Assembly: GCA_964016885.1 (NCBI GenBank)
Contig: OZ024741.1
Location: forward strand, 215,822,001 to 215,886,000
Origin: Eledone cirrhosa
Taxonomy: Eukaryota
Direction of reading: 5' to 3'
DNA length: 64,000 nt
Each line of letters begins with the position of its first letter. Within the stretch, counting starts at the first letter, position 1. Shown one piece after another: positions 55,006 through 64,000 of the stretch. A model generated the notes under the pieces. It saw only the letters and a list, made by a program, of their open reading frames with translations, had not been told where the DNA came from and searched no databases. Both the position numbers and the translations under genes were made by a program.

Positions 55006-56950
55006 ATGGAAAATTTCGACCTTGAAACGGTAAACAACGTACAGGTCAAAAGTTCAAACACAGCCAGTATAGATCTCACCACAACTACTACTACTACAGA
55101 CATGCCTGTCGTCCACTACATAGAATGGGAAGGCAAAACACAAGAGTTACCATCAAAACCGCTCCCTTCTGTGATAGTAGCAGTACCATCTCAAAATGAC
55201 ATCACCACCACCACCACCACAGCAACAACAACTCAGAATAACAACGACAATAACACCGACAGCCTCAATGTAAACACTGATGGCGGTGGCAACAGCAACA
55301 ACAAACAAAACAACAACAACACCAACAACAACAGCAAGAACGACAACACCAACAACAAGAGCAACAGAGGCGCCACCTTTGCAGCGGCAGCAGCGAAAAC
55401 AAAGTGCTTCCTCAATGTAGATATTTGCGATAAGGAACAACAGTTGGCCCAGGCGTCGAGGTTAATTAAACGGGACAATAGCGGCCATGCAAAGGAGGAC
55501 GGTGTACTTTCGATGCATTTCAGTGCAGACGCGCAAAGTGGAACTCGCCAGCCAAGTAGAGGTCGAGGCTGCTTTAAAGTGCATCGGAAGTGACATCGAG
55601 TATAAAGCAAGGGGCAAGCAGTTCGGTACCATCTCGGTATTGTTCAAAACCGATGCCCTTGCTATTAAGCACCCGGTGGCCCCCTGCAGAACAAAACGCA
55701 TTATCATGCACCCGCCCTACATGGGCAAAAGGACAGTAAAGATCCGCATTCCCAGGACCCCACCAGGAATGAACATATGGTGGCTCCTGGGATGCGTAAT
55801 CGAGGAGGGGGACAGACACCACCGTCATGGATATTAAAAAGACAGAGAGTGAAGACTGATCCAGAATGGATTTGGAGATTCTTCTCCAAATAAAACCAGA
55901 GGACATCAATAAAATACAGTATTTTTCCCGCCTGCAGGACGGGACGACAATCCAATTAATCACTGAGGGAAGAAGGCGACACTGTTTCGTCTGCGGGGAA
56001 GCAACGCATCTTTAAGCCTTCTGCCCTCAACTCAAAAATACAGGGGTTCGCAAACCTCCTTTGTTGCCAACGTCAGTGTCAGCACAGAAAGCTGCACCAC
56101 CACCACCACCAACACCACCAAAAACAACACCGACAATGACACGGGTAACCCCACCAACATCAAAAACAGTCGGACCACCACCAGCACCGAAACCAATCCA
56201 AGGGGAAAATGAGGAAAGCTCTCCCACTCCCACTACCCCTCCAATTATACACATAGACAAAACAATAAATGCACACACAGACACAAATACACTCACATCC
56301 ACATACCCTTTGTCTCCCAGCAGTGAAGATGAAGGAGAACCCAAAAGTGCCAACAAACAAAAGTGATTACTCACCCCCCCAAAAAGCCCCCACAAAACAT
56401 AAAAACATACACAACTAAAAATACAGACACCACTAACGCAAACACTTCCCCAATAACATCAACACCACCCCCACAATTCCCGAAACGCATTCAACCTAAA
56501 CAAACACAAGAACAAATAAACACACAGACACCTGAAATTGCAGACACCACCCCTACAACAAACACAGACATACCCGAAACAACACCACCAAAACCATCAC
56601 CACCACAGTTACCAAAACGAAAGCAAATAAAACCACACCAACAAAACATTAAAGACTTCGTGCTTGTCAGAAGGGCCAACGATAAATTGATGGCCCTCTT
56701 AGTACGAAGCGAGGACATCCAAACAGAAGGGGAGATCTTTGAATTGAACACATTTTGCGTGCCAGAAGATTTGCTTCTGGTGCGATTGTCGCTCGATTCC
56801 TACAAAGAAATTCGAGAGCACTCTCCTCAAGACGTGGGAACCCCGAACGTGAAACACCCATCTAGATTTTTAAAGGGGTTCCCAAAAGAAACCCCACCAA
56901 TCATGGAGGTCGAACCACCCGACCTTCACAAGACCCCGGGAGGTGAGTAA
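55006..56950 (+). pseudogene. LINE ORF1 with zinc knuckle, frameshifted and with stops
   Basis: Fragments 55006-55593, 55487-55837, ~55963-56025 (TEGRRRHCFVCGEATHL*AFC, a CCHC knuckle with a stop), 56061-56366, 56363-56950. Confidence 0.72.
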
Positions 56951-56979
56951 ACCTGCCCTCTCTCTTTTAATTTGCCAAC

Positions 56980-57705
56980 ATGGCCATATTAAGAGTAGGA
57001 AGTTTAAATTTTCGCGGCCTGGGGTCACCCTGGAAGCAGGGTCACATGCTCAACGACCTCAGGTCTCTGGAAATGGATGCGATTGCCGCCAGCGAGACCA
57101 GAATTTCCGACACCCGCACACTAGCCCCCATTTTCGACGACAATCAGATCTTCGCATATGTTAGCAGGCCGGGAATGGGAGGTAAATGGGAGCTTTACGT
57201 CAATATGCCAGACGTGTTCTCCGATCTCTTCGAAGTACTCCACTGTAAATGGCAGCGGAAAGGGAGTTCTGTGAGCAGAGGAGTGGTGACGCTGATAAGG
57301 AAAGACGAGGAAAGAGGGATACATTTGACAACTTCAGGCCCATAACTCTGCTAAACACAGAGTTTAAGATTTTGGCCAAGATTTTAGCAAAGGGATTGGT
57401 GCTTGTCGACGAGGATTTGTTTGGGAAGGCGCAAACTTGTGCAATCCCAGCCAGGTCCATACACGACAATCTCCACCTCATGCGATACATCATAGAGAGG
57501 GTATGGTGTAAACCTGGCTTCGGTGGGGCACTGATCAATTTAGATCAATCGAAAGCATTCGATAGAGTCGACCATCGGTATCTGGAGTTTGTCCTCAAAG
57601 CAGCTGGCTTCGACCCTGTCTTCAGAAGCTGGATCACTGTAATGCACAGCGGCACATGCTCGGTGGTCAAGGTTAATGACCTCTCGGAACCATTTCGCAT
57701 TTCGC
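56980..57705 (+). pseudogene. LINE ORF2 remnant: endonuclease N-terminus fused by deletion to the RT N-terminal half
   Basis: GMGGK joins directly to WELYVNMPDVF (YELYVQMPDLF in the first element), so about 1.2 kb is missing. RT lacks YADD. Confidence 0.85.
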
Positions 57706-58269
57706 ATATACATACACATGCACCCATGTATATGCACCCATGTGTATATACATGGGTGCATGTGTATATATATGCGCGGGGACATAGATATAGTCGGGCT
57801 GGACACGCGATTGCGCGGTTAAACCACTGGGAGTGAAGGACCCCTAGCCTTTGTCAAGGAATTCTTCTAGGAGAAGGCAAATCAGCAAACTGGGATAACT
57901 CCGATATAAAACCCGCGGCTCACTAGTTACTGATGATGTTGATCTTTTCTTCTTTTCGAGTTATAGCTACTGTCGCTCAGAGAATGGGATTGGCTCAGTG
58001 CACAGTCTTTCTTCACTTTAAAAAATATCTTCAGGCACAGGCATTGCACGATAGAATTAATTAATAATTATTAATAATGGTATATCGTGCAATGGCCATA
58101 CTCGATAACGAGGGGGCAGCAATCATGTAGGTATGTATGCATGTAGGTAGATAGATAGAAATGTGTCTGTGTGAGTGTGTGTTTAAATAGATATATATGT
58201 ATGTATGTATGTAAGTAAATAGGGAGCTAGGTAGATAGATAGAAATGTGTGTGTTTAAATAGATAGATA

Positions 58270-59446
58270 TCTATAGATATATATGAAAATGTAGTTGTCT
58301 GTGTGTGTGTGTGTCCTCATTTTTGCAAAGTCTATACAAATCCACATTTCTACTCCGATTGACTTCAAACTTGCATTTATATATTCCTTGCGGTCTAAAG
58401 ATATTAACTGCAGCTTTTATTTTTCAATTTTCTGTTGTTAAAGGGGTGTTAGGCGCCGGTTATCCATCTCCGTCGCACCCTTATAATATCTGTCTGTATG
58501 CCTGGCTCTCTGCATTACGACATTCTGACGAACATTGATGACATATTATGTTCGCTATTTTCCGTGCATTGCCAGGAAATGTCTTCACGAACCAAAGTAT
58601 CGTCTTCCTGTTTTCCTTCGGTTGCAACGTTTTTCGAAATATTTACTTCTGCGTTCACAGACTGATTTTTTTTAGTTTCAGATGATCCCGTTAAGGGTGA
58701 AAGCGGCGATTCTTTGCTTAAACTCTAATCTGTTATTTTAATATATAATATAAGCGAGGCAAGCCAGTCCAGTTGCAACTTCTTGCCAATAAACATTAAC
58801 CATTTATGCGCCATTCATCTAACTGTAGACCAACAAATACCAACTAAACGGAGCATTGACAAGAACGATGGTGAATGAATCTTCGAGGAAAGCAGTTTCC
58901 TCCCGAGCTGTTACTTCACGCGGGATTCTCTGCTACACCTTTTCGTAATAATACCGAACAACGTACTGCTGGTCACTCCTTCCTCCAAAAGCCGTTCAAA
59001 GCGGACAGGTGCATCGGGCAGATGGATTGGGTGCAAATCTACACCAGGCCTACGCGAGAAATTCGCAAGGGACTGCACGACAGGGATAGAGAGAAAGAGT
59101 AACTTAGTGGAAATAGTGCGAATGAACTTTTGAGGTAAGTAGCCTACGCCCCTTACTGCTATGACACTGGAACCTTCTGCCAACTTAACCTGTGTCTTTC
59201 TCTTTCACATTTACTCCAAAAGGCCAAAACAGCGGAGTATGAAAAGATGGGGCTCAACAATATTTCTATGAACAATGCACGTAGACAGCTAAACTGTACT
59301 TTCAACTTCTTAATTTTCTCCAAATAAAACAAGTTTCCGTCGGTATATTTTCGTGAGTTTTTAACAGACACTCACAAACAAACGTTTCTTATTGGAGATG
59401 CTATTACCAATGTTCTTACACGTGCAACGCCGGGATACACTGCTAG
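58270..59446 (+). mobile_element. Non-autonomous Helitron (~1.18 kb)
   Basis: Starts A|TCTATAGATATATATGAAAATG, followed by (GT)n and CCGATTGACTTCAAACTT. Ends with an imperfect hairpin CACGTGCAACGCCGGG, 8 nt, then CTAG|T. A^T insertion without TSD and TC...CTRR termini are established Helitron hallmarks. Confidence 0.65.
58674..58724 (+). ncRNA. Degenerate type I hammerhead ribozyme motif
   Basis: AGTTT-CAGATGA-TCCC GTTAA GGGT-GAAA-GC...GC-TT-AAACT: stems I-III present, core U4>A, U.U at 10.1-11.1. Confidence 0.45.
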
Positions 59447-59859
59447 TGTATGTATATACGTATGTAAGTAGGTAAGGAGCTAGGTAGATAGATAGAAATG
59501 TGGGTGTGTGAGTGTGTGTGTGTTTAAATAGATAGATGTAGTGTGGGAACTCCGAATGAGGATTGTCGTGTGATCTACATTTCGATGGTATTTGAATTGT
59601 TGTTGAAAATATAGGCAACAACTCTTAGTTCTATTGAATGGAGAGTACTATGACATCTGATCAGAAATAGGGGGGGGGGGGGAGGAGGAGAGAGAGAGAG
59701 AGACAAAGAGACAGACAGACAGATGAGTAGATAGACAAATATAGAGCGATAAGCACACAGGCTTTAGTATTAAGATGTTGTTTAGCAGTTGATTTCCTTG
59801 GGGAGCATCAGTATAACCTCCTCCACAAAAATTAGACAAAGAAATATGAAATTAATATA

Positions 59860-59878
59860 TATAATATATACATATATG

Positions 59879-59943
<65 letters not shown>

Positions 59944-59983
59944 ATATATATATACATATATGTTATATATATATATATATATG

Positions 59984-60080
<97 letters not shown>

Positions 60081-60304
60081 ATGTATGTATATATATATAT
60101 ATACATACATATATATATATATATAAATATATGTGTGTGTGTGTTTGTTTGTGTATGTACTTGTTTATGTATGTGGTTAGTATGAATTTTTAGACGAAAT
60201 TAAAGTATCGTCTGCTACAGTATCAAAGAATGAACGCCATAGTAAACATGTATATCCGTCTCTCTCCCTCTCCCCCCTCTCTCCCCCTCTCCCTCACTCA
60301 CTCA

Positions 60305-60352
<48 letters not shown>

Positions 60353-60364
60353 ATATATATATAC

Positions 60365-60442
<78 letters not shown>

Positions 60443-60582
60443 GGAGTGAGGGAGAGGGAGAGAGAGGGGGAGAGACGGATTTACATGTTTACTATGGCGT
60501 TCATTCTTTGATACTGTAGCAGACGATATTTTAATTTCGTCTAAAAGTTCATACTAACCACATACATAAACAAGTACATACA

Positions 60583-60663
<81 letters not shown>

Positions 60664-60796
60664 GTATACACATACATATATACATACATACATAGCTATA
60701 TATAAACATATATATAAATACATATACATACATATATATATATATACAAACACATATATACACGCACACACACACACATATCTATCTATCTATCTA

Positions 60797-60858
<62 letters not shown>

Positions 60859-60876
60859 GATATACATATACATATA
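59860..60876. repeat. Compound (TA)n/(CA)n/(GA)n microsatellite region containing a large fold-back palindrome centred near 60370
   Basis: Unique arms ~60148-60262 and ~60472-60586 are near-perfect reverse complements. The same peptide [12 protein letters not shown] appears on both strands in the ORF track. Confidence 0.9.
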
Positions 60877-61179
60877 ATAAAAATCAGGTATCTTGCTTCT
60901 GTGTACAACGTACTATTGTGAGAAAATAAAATGAAAATATGAAATACCATAAAGTGCCAAAGTAAAGGGGGGCAACTGTTTCATAAAAATCACTCCTCGG
61001 CTTCTAAAGAATCTATTGACTTACATTTTACATTCTAAAGACTGAGAAAAATTATTTATATTTTTCAGGAATTTACTAGATGGATAATTTTAACAAAGCC
61101 ATATAATAAAATCAATAACGAAAATATCCATCGATTCAGTCGATATTAATAGGTTAATGAAAAATGATAATTCTGATAT

Positions 61180-61282
61180 AAACACACACACACTCAAACC
61201 GTCTCAAACTCACACACAGATAAACACACACAAATACACACACTCAAACACACTCAAAAATATACATGTGTTTATATATATG

Positions 61283-61361
<79 letters not shown>

Positions 61362-61455
61362 GTATCTGGGATGATGGTGAAAATGTTGCCTTATAAGCAC
61401 TTTTATATATACACACACAGTAGCACACACACACCCCATGTATATATATATATCA
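61180..61455. repeat. (CA)n-like and (TA)n microsatellites
   Basis: Read directly. Confidence 0.85.
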
Positions 61456-61673
61456 AGTAAAATAACGGAGCAAAGGATTCGCGTATAATCCTGTAATTAA
61501 ATGAGCTCAAAGGAAAGAGTTTTCCTGGGCACTTTAAAATACAATATATAGAGGGGAAAGACACAGGAATTTCAAACCACCAGCGTGAAGAGAATATAAG
61601 CTACTAGAGGCATAGGAAAAACATTAAAATTAAAAGTATAAATTGAAATGAGAAACCAACCTCGCCTAAATCA

Positions 61674-61750
61674 CACATGTACACACTCGCCAGGAGAATG
61701 TTTCGCCATTTTAGTGGGTTCCAATACCGCCCGGTGGGTCATCAGCATGT

Positions 61751-61751
<1 letters not shown>
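61674..61751 (-). ncRNA. Type I hammerhead ribozyme candidate
   Basis: Minus strand reads CACATG-CTGATGA-CCCA...TGGC-GAAA-CATTCTC CTGGC GAGTGTG-TA-CATGTG: intact core, 6-bp stem I, ~8-bp stem III, GUA cleavage triplet, C.C mismatch at the base of stem II. Confidence 0.7.

Positions 61752-61754
<3 letters not shown>

Positions 61755-61833
<79 letters not shown>
61755..61833. repeat. (TA)n microsatellite
   Basis: Read directly. Confidence 0.95.
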
Positions 61834-61839
<6 letters not shown>

Positions 61840-61971
61840 GTGAGGTTTTTTTTACAAAATGAAAAATAACCGAGGTGTCCTACACGAGTGAAAGTATAAA
61901 GAAAAAAAGATGAAATCGAAAATGCAACTCGAGTCTTATTTTTTTTTAAAATATATATATTTATTTGGTTC

Positions 61972-62007
61972 CTTTACCGGTTTCGCAGTTCTTCTGCTTT
62001 TCAAAAG
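61972..62007 (-). ncRNA. Degenerate minimal (Penelope-type) hammerhead motif
   Basis: Minus strand reads CTT-TTGAAAA-GCAG AAGAA CTGC-GAAA-CCGG-TA-AAG: palindromic ACCGGT stem III; core is two transitions from CTGAAGA. Confidence 0.5.
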
Positions 62008-62526
62008 TAGAGTTGAGATGGAGGGTCTGTGGTTTTTCTCACATCTGGTTGGTCTCTGAATGTTACTTGTTTTATATGGAAAAAGTGGCTCGGAATGCCA
62101 GGTTTTTCGAGAAGTAATTTGATTGGTTGGTCAATAATTATAATAAATTTCGCGCCAGTTCGCGTTACAAAGTTCTTCAAACAAGGGGGGGGGGGTGTGT
62201 CACAGGTTTGTTTTTTCATATATGAGTGTTTGAATTTCTTTTTACTTGATAAAAGGGGCTCGCGAAGGCTTTTTTTTAATAAACGTAATTTGATTGGTTA
62301 TAAATGAAATTATGGCTGTCACGTGAACAAGTTTTCATTAAATTTCGCGCCCTTATTTGGAAATCCATTCTGTAGTCTTTTTAGAGAATTTTATGACAAG
62401 CAAAAGATAATGGTCAAGAGAAATATGATGGGAGACTTGTTCTGGTTCAGTGAATATGGTTAGTTCGCTGGGGTGTCAGAATTCAGATTTTCTATTGAAT
62501 AAAGAAAGTAAAGATATGTATGTTTA

Positions 62527-62528
<2 letters not shown>

Positions 62529-62597
<69 letters not shown>

Positions 62598-62895
62598 TGG
62601 AAGATGATTCCATTAGTAGAAATGGGGGAGGGAGTTGTGTGTGTGTGTATGGGTGTTATGTGTGTGTGTGGGAGTATGTTAAGATGGAGAGAATATATAT
62701 TTTGTGTGTGTGTATATATGTGTGTAGGAAAGTGATTCTATTAGTAGAAATGGGGGAGGGAGTTGTGTATGTGGGTGTGGGTGTTGTTATGTGTGTGTAT
62801 GGGTGTTATGTGTGTGGGAGTATGGTTAGCATGTTAAGATAAAGAGAATATATATATATTGTGTGTGTGTAGGAAAATGATTCCTTTAGTAGGAA
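62529..62895. repeat. (GT)n followed by a ~130-145-bp degenerate tandem repeat
   Basis: GATTCYWTTAGTAG motif at ~62606, ~62734 and ~62879; the first two are followed by AAATGGGGGAGGGAGTTGTGT. Confidence 0.7.
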
Positions 62896-63073
62896 TATTT
62901 TTGAATGAACATATTTTCCTTACTTATTCGTATTTCTTCTGTTTATTGTCAGTGCAAACGTATGTTAAGGTTTATTTAGTTCGGGTTTTTATTTTCTAAA
63001 GAAGAAGGTGTTATGTGTGTGTGTATGTGTCTGCTTGGATGGTTAGCATGTTATGGTGTTGACATAATGTATA

Positions 63074-64000
63074 TTAAACCATATTTAATGCTGGTCTATA
63101 TTTTTGAATAAACATATTTTCCTTATTTATTCGTATTTGTTCTGTTGTATTGTTAGCGCAAAGGTAAAATGGGAAGACTTGGAATTTGGGTGTCTTATTA
63201 CTTGCGCAAATGTCTAGATATGCGCTTATTGGTATCTGTCTCGTGGTTGGATCTCGTAATTGTTGGCGATGAACTGTCATTCTGTTTCTGAGTGTGAGTT
63301 TAGTTTGTCCTATATAATCTTCATTGCATCCTTTACATTTAATGGCATAAACTAGATTTTTTGATGAGCAAGTGAAGTGATTTTTTATAGTAAAATTTTG
63401 TCCTGATTTAAATGTATACGTGTTGCCTTCAATGAGGTGAGTGCAGGTTCCACAATTAGAGCGACCACATTTTTTTACTCTTGGTTGTGGGTTTGTGGTA
63501 GGTAATTTGGCATTGGTGAGTAATGTTTTCAGTGATTTCGGTTGTCTTTTGCTTTTGATTATTTTGTGTGTTTCAAGGGCTTTTTTCATTCATGGGTTTT
63601 GTTTTAGTAGTGGGATGTTCTTGTGAATAGTGTTGTAATCTTCCGCATTTCTTGGGTTGTGTGTTGAGATATATGATAGAATATTGGACGTACCTTAAAT
63701 TTGTTTCTGTTTTCGTAATTCATCAATGCCTATTGCTTTAGCCCTTTCTATTCCATTATTTATTAGTAATAGTGGGTACTCTCTCTCGAGTAGAATTTCC
63801 TTTAATTCTTGAAGTCTTTTATTTCGCATTTCATAATTGGAGACAATTGTGCAAATTCTTCTTGCTAGGTTAAAAGGAATGTTCGTCTTCGTGTGCTTTG
63901 GATGGTTGGAGGTGAATAGCAGGTATTGTTTGGAATCTGTTGGTTTGTAGTGTATGTCAGTTTCGATATTTGTGTCTTTTTTTAAGATTAAGATGTCCAG
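63074..64000 (-). pseudogene. Penelope-like element ORF 3' part: RT C-terminus/thumb, Cys linker and GIY-YIG endonuclease, with two in-frame stops
   Basis: From the window edge: LDILILKKDTNIETDIHYKPTDSKQYLLFTSNHPKHTKTNIPFNLARRICTIVS, then CGRSNCGTC, NLVYAIKCKGCNEDYIGQT...LRNRMTVHR...KENMFIQKYRPALN. Confidence 0.9.

Larger units (their letters stand above)
54785..57705 (+). mobile_element. Second L1/Tx1-clade LINE (related subfamily), internally deleted and 3'-truncated
   Basis: ORF1 from ATG 55006, ORF2 from ATG 56980 (MAILRVGSLNFRGL), RT motifs FRPITLLNTEFKILAK and DQSKAFDRVDH. Sequence breaks off after SEPFRIS at ~57705. Confidence 0.88.
61920..64000 (-). mobile_element. Penelope-like retroelement, 3' portion with probable pLTR/3'UTR
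   Basis: GIY-YIG/RT ORF, a diverged direct repeat of the ORF end at ~62895-62965, and a co-oriented minimal hammerhead at 61972-62007. Left boundary uncertain. Confidence 0.6.

Noticed and set aside
58042-58094. 12-bp inverted repeat CATTGCACGATA/TATCGTGCAATG around an AT-rich spacer
   Set aside because: Short and single; cannot be assigned to an element or function from sequence alone.

Overview
Eukaryotic, AT- and microsatellite-rich, repeat-only DNA. The SINE families resemble those I recall from octopus/cephalopod genomes, which is an inference. No intact host gene is supported. Bases 1-42000 are one very homogeneous 48-bp satellite (about 875 monomers, open at the left edge) with nested block duplications; its long six-frame ORFs are an artefact of a stop-free monomer. 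Bases 42000-64000 hold: head-to-tail arrays of a tRNA-derived SINE; a full-length but decayed L1/Tx1-clade LINE (minus, 45228-51252); a second, internally deleted and 3'-truncated relative (plus, ~54785-57705); a non-autonomous Helitron (58270-59446); the 3' part of a Penelope-like element (RT C-terminus plus GIY-YIG); several hammerhead-ribozyme-like motifs; two fold-back palindromes; and many microsatellites. Main leads: (i) a possible (ATT)n-targeting Tx1 LINE and SINE pair sharing a 3' terminus, (ii) a satellite apparently amplified from a SINE 3' tail, and (iii) hammerhead motifs with a pyrimidine-pyrimidine mismatch at the base of stem II.
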